From Paraspadella gotoi (Eukaryota; Animalia; Chaetognatha), in assembly GCA_051294375.1 (NCBI GenBank), contig CM119264.1:12402263-12466262 (forward strand): a stretch of 64,000 nt of DNA. The letters are read 5' to 3'. Below, in pieces: positions 52,667 to 64,000 of the stretch. How positions within the stretch are numbered: the stretch's first letter is position 1; each line of letters begins with the position of its first letter. Under the pieces are notes generated by a model, which ran no database searches, had not been told where the DNA came from, and worked only from the letters and a program-made list of their open reading frames with translations. A program made the translations under genes and the position numbers.

Positions 52667-53863
52667 GGCGTAATTATTGGAGCCCGCTTTAGGCAAAAGA
52701 TGCGAAGGAAGGGAAACCCTTTGAGTCCGAGGGTCTCGGTTTGTTATTACATCAATCGGGACTCGTTGACCTCAGAGGCGCGGCCATCCCCACCCAGTCC
52801 TCCTCCTTCCCTTCTCCCTCCCTTCTCCCCACCCTCTTACTCTTCCCCATCCCTATCCTTCCCCCCGCCCTTCCCCCCACCCTCTGGCTTTTCCCCTTTC
52901 CTCCCTCAAATGTGCTTAAGGCTTCCTTCCGAACTGATTTTACGTATTCCGCTTGGGCTCTTCATACTTACGAAGCGTGTTCAAGTACTGGCCAAGTAAT
53001 CTCCTAAACACTCCACTGTGAATACTATTAACACATTCGAAATTATTACTTTCACTACCATAACCAATAATTAATTCCCTTGCAAGCTAAAATTAGCTCT
53101 CTCATTTCTTTCCTGTCCATTTAGGGTTGGGGACTTTGTATGAAGATTTTAAATGGCTTTGCTCGAAGGGTAAAGTCATGGAGGAAATGATAAATGGGGG
53201 AAAAAATGATTGAGGAAAGATGATTGAAAAAATGATTGGTTAATGGAAGAGGCCGATGGATATCAGGAGCGCAGACAAGAAGAAAGGAAAGTAAAGTAAA
53301 AAAAAAGGAAGCTTAAACGTAAAAAGAAGGTAGAGATAAAAGAAAAGGTACTAAAAAAAGAGAAGGTAATAATGAAATTTGTTTAACAAAGATCACATCG
53401 GACGGAGGGAGAATAAGTCTGATCGGTCGAATGTAAAATTGAGTTAAACGCAGCGGCTAAAGAAATGGAGGAGGAGGGGGAGAAGGAGAAGTGGGAGGAG
53501 GAGGAAGAGGAGGGGGAGGAGGAGGAAGAGGAGTCAAGGACCGGGCGAGAGACGAATGAAAATCAAAGGCGCGTGAAAAAAGGAAAATCAACATCGACCG
53601 ACCGGTTAACAGGTGAGGGGCAAAGCGATGAGAGGATAAAGAAGGACAAAGCGAGAAAAGGGTATGGGGGGGCAAAGAGAAAGTGAGGACAAAGAAGGAC
53701 AAATAGGGAAGTGCAAAGACTGGGCCAAAAGAGAGAATATTATCTAAGGGTCACGGGAATGAAGAAATAAAAAAAAATAAAGAAAACGGAATTATTGTAA
53801 AAGTCCTATTTTAGTGAAATATTTCTTGTTCACGAATGAGACACAAAAGAATTCATTAAATCG

Positions 53864-53946
53864 TTACAACCAATATTAAATTATCTATTTATTCAATAAA
53901 TAAGTTATCTTGCTCCTGACTTTGGACTGGCTTTGGTGGGTTAAGG
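53864..53946 (-). mobile_element. Diverged end fragment of the same TIR family as 22530-23396
   Basis: Reverse complement CCTTAACCCACCAAAGCCAGTCCAAAGTCAGGAGCAAGATAA..TATTTATTGAAT..GATAATT..TATTGGTTG aligns to about 22536-22625. Confidence 0.7.
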
Positions 53947-54989
53947 AATCGATCCTTCCTACGAGGGAGTAACAAGTTTTCAATAAATTGTTTATTCTCA
54001 TGACAAAACTGTCCACAGAAACAATTAAAAGAATGACACATAAATATTAGCATCTATACTCGTAAAAAACAGCATAACGGTGCAGACAGCGCACAATAAT
54101 CAGAATCGCTCGGAAGAATATAGAAAAAGAGAAAACTGAAATATGTGAACGTGAAAAAAAAGGGGTTAATTTTCATTGAACGATTCTCAAAGAAACGGGT
54201 AAAGATCCTGACGTGAAGAAAGGCTGAGGCTCTCATAGCGCTAAAAAAAAAGGTTCCGAATGTAAGGCATAAAAATAAGGCGTTAAATTTGCCTGCGGCA
54301 GTATAAACAGGATTTTTCAAGCCATAAATTCGGTTCACGACCGGAGGGTAGGGAGGAGGAAGAGGAAGAGGAGGAAAGGGTGCTGAAGACGAGTTGGAAG
54401 AAGGATTAAAGGAAAAAGGACATCGAAGAGAAAAAAAAGAAGATAGAAGGTACAAGGTAGAAGAGGCGAAAGAACTGAGAAAGTGGAGGAAGAAAGGAAA
54501 AGGAGAGAGGAAGAAGAGGAGGAAGAGGAAGAAGAGAAGGACAAAGGAGCCTTCGTTCGAGTTCGCGCAGAGGTCAAACAATCGAAATATAACCTGCCCA
54601 CGTTTCGACCGAATTGACGTCGGACGAAGACGACGACGATGACGACGACGACGACGACGGCGACGACGGAAATGACGTCAAAGAAAAAAAAGCAGACGAC
54701 GACGACGACGACGATAAAACTTCCCCTCTCGTTTCTTCACCGTCACAGAATCATCCATAAAAACGTTTTTCTGTTTTTTGATTCATGAGGCGATTTTTTT
54801 TTTCTTGAATTGGGGGGGGGGCGGTGAGCGGGGGGATTGGTAGGCCAGGAGGGAGGCGGAAACGATTTGGTTAAATTGAAAAACGTCTTGAGCGGGTTAC
54901 ATGGAAATGAGTAAATTGGGAACAAATCCAATATATTCATCTTTCGTATTGTCAGTGAGAACTATAGAGAGAAAGTGAAAGAGAGAAAG

Positions 54990-54991
<2 letters not shown>

Positions 54992-55066
<75 letters not shown>
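54992..55066. repeat. (AG)n microsatellite
   Basis: Pure run. Confidence 0.95.
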
Positions 55067-55067
<1 letters not shown>

Positions 55068-56296
55068 AACGGGAAGGTAATCAAGGTATCGGAGCAAATA
55101 AAAAAGGAGTGTTGTTTTGTAGTCCTATTCGAGGTTAAGAACCTAAAAGCTCACCTTCCATTATCGTCACCAGTCAGCCCCTTTCCAGTTTGCTCCTCTC
55201 CCTAATGTTAAAAAGGTAAAGTTCACGAATTTAATCCAAACCAATATCATGAGAAGGTCGAAGAGGGAGGAAAGGTAAGGTCGCAGGTTCGAATCTCGAT
55301 CGGACGCCGAGTAAAGTCATCGCTTTCGATCTTTGGGCTTTTTATCTTCTTATGTCTGTTTTGGTGTACTACATTATGATATCCTTATTTCACAAGTTTC
55401 ACACGTTACAATTGCAGCTCAATTCGTTGCGGTAAATTAATATTTCGATTTTCATCCCTTACTTTTCAAACTATCGCTTCGCCTCAGTTTTCTATTTTTA
55501 CCCTTTCCTAATACTGGAGCTTATAAAAACCCATTATATTTTGATTAATTTTTTCCCTCTCTCGTCTGCTATCGTTCAATTCGCCTATCTCTCGCACAGC
55601 TTCACTGCTCTTTCCCTATCTCCCTTTCCACTTCACCTCTCTTTCCCTACCTCTCTTTACGCTTCGCGCTACCGTGAGTATGAAAAATGAACCTTGGGAT
55701 CAGGAAAGGAAAAAAGTTTCCTGACCCCCCCCCCCAAAAAAAAAGAGATTTTCGCGATCGCGTTCGGGAGCTTAAAAAGAGAGACTCTCTTATTGAGAGA
55801 GAAAAGTGGACGAAAAGTTCGATGCGACTGAAAATTAACCAGAATCTCAGTGAAGGCGCTTTGCTTAGTAGCGTAGATCCAGTGCCGTCTGATTGAAGAA
55901 TGACAATTTGAAATATATGCAAATTGATAGAGAAAACTTTGGAGTTTTAGTTAGTAGGGAAGGTTTCTTGCTATTCAACCCTCCTTTTGCTTTACTCTCT
56001 CTGTCCTAAAAAAATAAAAAAATAAACTACTTTACCTTAACATTATATTGGATACAATTTTTAAAAAAGTTCTTTAATTTTAATCGTGTTCTCCGCGTTA
56101 AAAACGCTTCTCGCGTAGTAAATAAGTGAAGCGACCGATAAATCACATTTCAAAGGTCGAGTCGGAAGAGGATGGAACCGAGACGCGTCGGCCGAATGGA
56201 ATCCGAAGCGGGCTCCGCCGTCTGAACCGGGTGAGGGAAGAAAACGTGCGTTGACTCGTCGAAAAACGCTGTAAATATCATACCGTAACTGCATGA

Positions 56297-56377
<81 letters not shown>

Positions 56378-59300
56378 GCACACTCACTCACTCACTCACA
56401 CGCATAAATAAAGCCGTGCATCGTTAGGTTATCTCCATTAATGTTTTAAGAATGCCATCGCTACATCATCGCTCTGTCCACGATCAATCGTCCCAATAAA
56501 AACTTCAAAATGTATTTTGTATTTCTCGTCATAATTTTGTAAAGCGATATCGCTACAGTATAGCTCCTTTCGGCTCCAGCAAAGCTCCACCTTCGCTTCT
56601 GCTTCTCGGTCATTGGATTTTTCGACGAAATTACGGTGATGATTTTCGAGAATGAAGGAGAGAGAAGTAAAGGCGATGGGAAATGGGAAGGTGAAGCCAG
56701 TCCGGAGGGTGAAAGGAGTCGAGAAGGATGAATGAAGGTCTAACTGGGGAGGTAAGGATTAAAAGGCTGGCAATTTCAGAAGAAATCGTCTTGAGCAAAC
56801 TAATTAGGAATAATAAAGCGGAAAAAAATTGATGGGGAAAATAATTACGAAAATTTAGGAATCCAAAATGTACTAAAGCTATGTATAGCAGACTTAGCTT
56901 TGCTTTAACTTCAGATCTATAATTGAAAGGAATAGATGGGAAGTAGAGAGTTGATCTTTAGGAAGAGAGGATGAGAGGCTCGGATGGCGGCTCCCGCCCC
57001 CCGATCCAAAAAAAAGGAGGCGTTGCCCCTTGCGGGAACCTTGAAGACCGCCGCGGCAGACAGATCCATACACGAGACCCAATGGTCGTCGATTGACATT
57101 CTGACCTTGAAATATGAAGATTTATTGTTATGGGTTTATCACCGAGAAGGAACGGGGGAGAAGAGGGGAAGAGAGAGAGAAAGACGAAGGGAGGGAATGA
57201 GAAAAGAGAAGAATAAAAAGAAGAAGAAGAATAAGAAGACTACTGTTGGCCATTATCCAAACAAAAAGCCTCTTTTGCTCCACAGAGGATCGTGGTTTCA
57301 TCTCTCTGTCTGTCTCTTATTTCGAATTCTTTTCATTTTTTTCTTTATTTTTCCTTTTCGTATAATCTTTTCTCTTGCCTTTGTCATAGTATTTTCAATG
57401 CGTTTTCCTTTTCTTGGGATGAGCGTTATATATACATATATATTAGAAAAAGTGAGAGTCGTTATATTTTTTATTTTATATTTCCTATAATATATATGTA
57501 TGTATATATATATATATTGTTGTACCAATTTCATATATAATTATACAACGGTTGTAATGTAATTGATACAAATAACGGTCGCCGATGCTCAGGAACGATT
57601 ACAATTTTAAAATGGAAGCAACGAAATTTGTCGTGCAGTCAAAGATGAGCGTCTCACATCTTATGGTTATATGCGAGCAAATATCACAACGCGGAATTTA
57701 AGAATGCGTTCAGTCAAGGACAACTCAATGTCATTTTAGTCTGAAAACCGATGAAGTCTTTCAAAAATTTCTTTTTAAAATTGTTAAATATCTTTTAATT
57801 TGTATTTTTTTTAAAAATTAAAACATCATTTCGTTNNNNNNNNNNNNNNNNNNNNNNNNNNNNNNNNNNNNNNNNNNNNNNNNNNNNNNNNNNNNNNNNN
57901 NNNNNNNNNNNNNNNNNNNNNNNNNNNNNNNNNNNNNNNNNNNNNNNNNNNNNNNNNNNNNNNNNNNNNNNNNNNNNNNNNNNNNNNNNNNNNNNNNNNN
58001 NNNNNNNNNNNNNNNNNNNNNNNNNNNNNNNNNNNNNNNNNNNNNNNNNNNNNNNNNNNNNNNNNNNNNNNNNNNNNNNNNNNNNNNNNNNNNNNNNNNN
58101 NNNNNNNNNNNNNNNNNNNNNNNNNNNNNNNNNNNNNNNNNNNNNNNNNNNNNNNNNNNNNNNNNNNNNNNNNNNNNNNNNNNNNNNNNNNNNNNNNNNN
58201 NNNNNTCATTTCTTTCTTCGGAGAGAAGAAGAGAGAGAGAGAGAGAGACGAAAGGCCAACGATGGAGAGAGAGAGAGAGGAGAGAAGAGAGAAGAGAGAG
58301 GGAGGGAGAAGAGAGAGGGAGAGAGAGAAAGAGAATTACACGAAGTGAGGCAGAAAAAGAGGCGGACAAAGGGCAAAAAAACAGGGGAAAGGGGGAGGCC
58401 GACCGACCGACTGAGGAAGAAAAACAAAAGGGGGAAAAGGGGCCGAGTTAGAGAGACGGTCGGACAGCGACTCTCTCGACTCGACAAATACAGATCCTCT
58501 AAATCGAGAAAGAGAGAGAACGATCTCTCGTCGGATGTAGAATTTACCGATATAGATGAGAGAGAGGATGATGAAGAGAATTACACGATCAGTGAGGCAG
58601 AAAAAAGAAACTTCTCTTCTTTTTTGAGGTACATATACACACACGAGTAAGCGAAAAGGACACGATCCCATTTAGAAAAGGCAACATGTCTCTCTCCCTC
58701 GAGAAAAAAANNNNNNNNNNNNNNNNNNNNNNNNNNNNNNNNNNNNNNNNNNNNNNNNNNNNNNNNNNNNNNNNNNNNNNNNNNNNNNNNNNNNNNNNNN
58801 NNNNNNNNNNNNNNNNNNNNNNNNNNNNNNNNNNNNNNNNNNNNNNNNNNNNNNNNNNNNNNNNNNNNNNNNNNNNNNNNNNNNNNNNNNNNNNNNNNNN
58901 NNNNNNNNNNNNNNNNNNNNNNNNNNNNNNNNNNNNNNNNNNNNNNNNNNNNNNNNNNNNNNNNNNNNNNNNNNNNNNNNNNNNNNNNNNNNNNNNNNNN
59001 NNNNNNNNNNNNNNNNNNNNNNNNNNNNGGGGGCATCCCGTCAATATGGGACCCCATTAAATTGAAGAGAGACTTAGAAAGAGAGAGCGGAAGAGAAAAA
59101 GAGGGTGAGTGAGAGAGAGAGAGAGAGAGACACAAAATTTGGGATGTCAAGTCCAACGCCAAGAGAGAAAAAATCCGTTTGGAGGAACAAGTTTTTAATA
59201 CGTTAAGCGGCAAGGAGTAAAGGATAAATTAACTACCAACCTAAATATAAAATGATGAAAGGTTTTTGATAAAATTGGCGCCGTAATTTTGAGTCCGTGG

Positions 59301-59706
59301 TGATTATCTAAATAGGGTCTGGACGCAATGTAAGCAATAAACATAACTGTTAAAGATACGGAGCAAAGAANNNNNNNNNNNNNNNNNNNNNNNNNNNNNN
59401 NNNNNNNNNNNNNNNNNNNNNNNNNNNNNNNNNNNNNNNNNNNNNNNNNNNNNNNNNNNNNNNNNNNNNNNNNNNNNNNNNNNNNNNNNNNNNNNNNNNN
59501 NNNNNNNNNNNNNNNNNNNNNNNNNNNNNNNNNNNNNNNNNNNNNNNNNNNNNNNNNNNNNNNNNNNNNNNNNNNNNNNNNNNNNNNNNNNNNNNNNNNN
59601 NNNNNNNNNNNNNNNNNNNNNNNNNNNNNNNNNNNNNNNNNNNNNNNNNNNNNNNNNNNNNNNNNNNNNNNNNNNNNNNNNNNNNNNNNNNNNNNNNNNN
59701 NNNNNN

Positions 59707-59804
59707 AGCGGGGAGAGAGGGGCAAAGGAGCGAGCGAGGGAGTTAAGAGTAAAGAGTAAAGAGGAGCGGGGAGAGAGGGGCAAAGGAGCGAGCGAGGGAG
59801 TTAA
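59707..59804. repeat. Tandem duplication of about 40-bp unit AGCGGGGAGAGAGGGGCAAAGGAGCGAGCGAGGGAGTTAA at a gap edge
   Basis: Two identical copies 57 bp apart; probably the end of a minisatellite that caused the gap. Confidence 0.75.
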
Positions 59805-60580
59805 ACTCTAAAGCTAAAACGACGACACCCATTAAGCTTCACTGATGAGGAGGCCAATGGGACGCAATCACAACAACGACGACGACTACGACGACGACGC
59901 AATCACGACGACGACGACGACGATAACGAAATCACAACGACGACCACAACGAACACATAACAACAACAACGAATGACGGCGACGAAGAATATCATAATTG
60001 CCAAAAAGTCCTTGACGTCGATGTTAACTATCTTTGTTTCTTCAGGAAAAGGAACGACAAAGGTTTACAAGTGGCAACGCGGCCCACGATGTAAACGACG
60101 ACGACGTCGGCTAGATCAACAACGACAAAGAGGACGAAGGCGTCATTAAGCATCGCCTGTTTTTGCAAGCCTGCGGACTAATTACGGTCGACGAGAGAAT
60201 TGCAAGATAAGATGACCGAATTCCCAGTTTCAATGAGATGTAATGTTACCATGACGACGTCGTGACCAAGAAGTTTCTTTGGCTTAATTTTTTTTGCGTG
60301 AAAACGCTAAATAATATGGCTTATATACCGGAAAGCTATAACTGTACAACAATTGAAACAATCAGAATTCAAAGTAGAAAAAAGAAAAGGAATAGTTCGC
60401 ATGGCCAAATATAACTCTTGGACTTTTAAGACTTTTGTGGATGCGGAGAGAAAAAAGAAAGACTGAGAAAGAGAAGATGACGAGAGATGAGAAGAGAGAG
60501 AGAGAGAGAGATCGAGAGGACGAGAGAGAAGAGAGAGGAGAGAGAGGAAGAGAAGAGAGAGAGAGACCGAGTAGGAGAGA

Positions 60581-60618
<38 letters not shown>

Positions 60619-60787
60619 AGATGAGAGAGAGAAACGTGATTTATCCCAATAACAAGCAATTAATTCGGAATGAAATAATAAACCCACGAAGAAACTCCGT
60701 GAGAAAGAAGAGGAGAGAGAGACCCTGAGAAGCACGAAAGGAGAGAGAAGGGAGAAAGAGAAAAGGAGGGGAGAGAAGAGAAAGAGA

Positions 60788-60819
<32 letters not shown>

Positions 60820-61644
60820 AGGGGAGAGAGATACGGAGGAAGAACAAGAAAAATGGCTTGATATATTTATTTTTACGAGTTAGTCTGCTTTTTTCTTTCT
60901 TTCTCATTCAGTCAAGTCTTATATAAAAAAATTCTTACTAAATTCTGGCCTTGTAGTTTTTTTAAGCATTGCACGTTAACTCCTATATTTATCGATATAT
61001 TAACAAAAATATGTACTAATATTTAAATGCTCCATAAAGTTAAAAGTTCCAGTTCTAAATATTTTTTAACATTGGCCACAGAAATCGCAGTAGACGCAAA
61101 CTTAAAAGCTCGAAGTGTTATAAGGACATCATTGAGAAGAGAGAGAGAGAAAGAGAGAGAGAATGAATCGAAAGAAAGACCTTTGGACAATTTCCAGGAA
61201 CTCATCGTTTTTCGTTTGTTTCCTTCTGCTGTCGATCCCTTTTTCCCTCTTATCCTCTCCCTCTCCCTATCTCACTCTTCCTTTTTCTCTCTTTCTCTCC
61301 CTCTCTTTCTCTCTCCTCTCCCTCTCCTTCAACCTCAAATGTTTTTTTCCCTATTCCGCGTCAGTTCCTCCTTCCCTCTTTAACTTTTTTTATTTTCTTG
61401 TTTCCTATGTATTCGTTCCACTTTTTGAAAGCCTTTCTTGTTTCTCTTTTTGACATTCGCAGTCTGTGTATATCGACCACTCTATTGTATCACGTTTTCT
61501 TCTTCCGCTTCCTCTTTCCTTTTCTTTCCTCCATCACTTCCTCTTCCTCCCATATCTCCGTCTTGTCCCTCCCTTTATTTCTCTCTCTTATCTCTCTTAT
61601 TCCATCTCTTTCTCTTTCGCTCTCTTCCATTCGTCTTCTTTAAG

Positions 61645-61699
<55 letters not shown>

Positions 61700-62804
61700 T
61701 CCTCCCTCCCTACCTCCCTCCTCCACCCCTAACTGTCGCCTCTATTCAGAATATTTTGGGTAATGAAACATTGATGATACATAAAGATAGACAAAATATT
61801 TTGTTACACACGTATTTTAGATCAACTTTTTATTTAAAACTAGTCGCCTCGGTCCAGTTATCACGTTGATATTTCACATTCGGTGGTTCTTTTTCATTCT
61901 CTCGCGACGTGGTGGCCTCGCGGTCGTAGTTCGATATCCGAACTGACCCAATGCCAGTCCTCTTTTGAGAAATGTTCCATATCGGACAATGCCCGTGCCT
62001 CGTTGTCCATTTCATCGGACTTCATTTCCCATTCCACTCCCTCTCTCTCTCTCCAGGCATTCAGGTTTCTATATAGCGTGAATGAAATAAAGCTATTTCC
62101 GTTGAAATGAAAAACAATACATGCTTATTGGATATGTTTTTTTTTTCAAAGCAGATGTTCAATGCGAAAAAAAAACGAAACAAAACAAAAGAATCTAAAC
62201 TAAAAAAAAACCTAAAAAGAGGCTTAGAGAGAATTTGTCCGCTAAAAACGCAACCGTCGCTACTGAGTCGATCACGTGACTCCTGGATGGGCGAAGGCAG
62301 AGACGAGGAAGAAGCGACTCGTTCGCTCTTTTCGATTGACATTTAAAACGCGGATCCGCCATCTTGGCGAGGGAAGACAAGCAAATGCAAAAAAAAAAAA
62401 AAAAAGATATTAATCGCTTCGTCTGTAACTTTAAATTTCAAGTCGAAAAGAGAATCTCTACAAATTTTTTTTGAAGAAGACTTTTATGTGGAGAGTTTTT
62501 GTTTGTTAGAATGGAGGGGATGATTTAGAGGAAGGGAGGAGGTGTGGGAGGAAAGGAAAGGGGAGGAAAGGAAAGGGGAGGAAAGGAAAGGGGAGAAGGA
62601 CAGGGAGGTAGAGGAAGCCAGGGGAGGAAAAGACGAGAGAGACGGAGAGGAAGAAAGACGGGTAGAGAGAGAGGGAGAGAAATGAAGGCGAGGAACTTTA
62701 ATTCCAGTCACATCTTTTGAATAAATAAACTGCAAAAACAGAAAAAAAATATGAAAATTCTCTCTTTGTGTTTGATTTTCTGCGCTGAGAGGATGAAAAC
62801 GTGA

Positions 62805-62854
62805 AAAGAAAGAAAGAAAAAAAGAAAGAAAGAAAGAAAAAAAGAAAGAAAAAA

Positions 62855-62890
<36 letters not shown>
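62805..62890. repeat. (GAAA)n microsatellite
   Basis: Tetranucleotide run. Confidence 0.9.
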
Positions 62891-64000
62891 CAGACAGTCA
62901 CAAATAAAAAACAAATGAATGAATAAAAAAGAAAGAATGAGAGAAAGAAAGAAAAGACGAAAGAGAGGCGAGAAAAATAGAAATTAATAAAAATCTAAAT
63001 AAGGAGAGAGCGAAAGAAAAAATAGCAAAAGTAAAAAAAAAGATAAAAAAAGATAAAAAAAATAAGAAAAGTAAAGAGGATAAATGAAAAAAGGAGAAGC
63101 TAAAAAAAACCGTGCAGTTCATCTGCAATAAAATTCTTGCGCCCGCGTGACATTTAGCTCATTCCGTTTTCTGCTGGGTTGACAGAGAGCGACGCAGAGG
63201 GTTCAGCAATGTGAGCGTGCCATGGAAGATTCTTCACATTAGCTTAAGGCATTAAGGCATTGAGAGCATTATCTAATATATATCCCCGTGAATAATTAAG
63301 GAAGAAAGGAAGTGATCGGATCTTGGTCAAATCGCGCTCGGACATGAGGCCTGCCATGTGGGATGCCGGCATACTGCGCTGCATTTCGTGCTGCCAAGTC
63401 GGAACTCATGGTGCCGAGTCTGAAAGGAGCGACGATGATAAAATGGTCATAAAAGAAGGCAGGCGACGACCCAGAGTTTAATGGAGGCCGCCGGCCGCCC
63501 GGGTCTTGATGCGTCTCCTAAGAAGAAGTTTTGGTTTTTCTTCTGTCCTCGATGCATCTCCTTAAAACTTTTAATACAAGGAATTTGCCTTTTTAACTCC
63601 TCTCTTTAAGCAACAATTAATTTTATTTATTCTCTCTTTAAAATATAATGCATTTAAAAATCATTTGCTAAGAGTCTGAAAAAATGGATCAGAACGTTGT
63701 TGAATTTTGCCAATGATTAAAATTAGTTTAATTAGTGAGATACGTTTTCAAAACAACAAGAAAATACCGTATTTTTTTAAAAGAAATTTCGGACGGAACT
63801 CAGTTTACCATGGCAACGAAAACAACAACACCATGAACGATAACATCGAGGAGGACGAAGAGGCGATCTCCAGTTCGATTTCATTATCGTTCCTCCGAAA
63901 ATCCGCTTTCGCTTCTAAAAACAAATAAATGGAAGCGAGAAACGAGACGGAAAGTTGAAAGGAGAGACGAACCGTTTGAAGTGTTTTGAAGTGTTGGCGT

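Noticed and set aside
55273-55310. GGTTCGAATC B-box / tRNA 3'-half-like sequence
   Set aside because: No A box or cloverleaf upstream; at most a SINE fragment.
58331-58610. Duplicated AGAATTACACGA..GTGAGGCAGAAAAA motif about 245 bp apart
   Set aside because: Only two short copies between gaps; no element boundaries definable.
59840-59870. CTGATGAG as another hammerhead core (also CTGACGA...CGAAAC at about 20294-20333)
   Set aside because: No stem II followed by GAAA.
62340-62372. CCGCCATCTT (YY1/Pho-like) sites amid GAGA repeats as a Polycomb response element
   Set aside because: Short motifs expected by chance and GAGA tracts are ubiquitous; not supportable without chromatin data.

Overview
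Repeat-rich eukaryotic (probably invertebrate) draft-assembly sequence with many N gaps, dense (AG)n/(ACG)n/(AAAG)n microsatellites and indel-rich tracts that look like uncorrected long reads. Almost all ORF-track entries are microsatellite read-through. Supported content: (1) one phase-compatible two-exon gene (21170-21677 + 23572-25457, about 797 aa) encoding a multi-pass membrane protein with an XK-related (Xkr scramblase-like) N-terminal signature, with a tRNA-derived SINE and a TIR element in its intron. (2) An internally deleted BEL/Pao LTR retrotransposon (38055-43055, minus strand; RNase H and integrase motifs, LTRs, PPT, about 5-bp TSD) with a roughly 2.2-kb unexplained 3' region. (3) A non-autonomous hAT-like element (48948-50191, 8-bp TSD). 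(4) Two small palindromic Penelope-like insertions, each carrying a minimal type I hammerhead ribozyme (about 45706-45748 and 49526-49569, minus strand), one nested in the hAT element. (5) Satellites, a foldback MITE, an LTR-like end at 1-441 and a gapped Asp-rich repeat ORF. Two large duplications abut exactly 25-N gaps: a roughly 6.5-kb inverted repeat (4030-17274) and a direct duplication (36914-45927 vs 45953-50976). Both are probably gap-filling or haplotype artefacts. The direct duplication provides matched empty and filled sites for three transposon insertions. All identifications are by eye from motifs; no searches were run.
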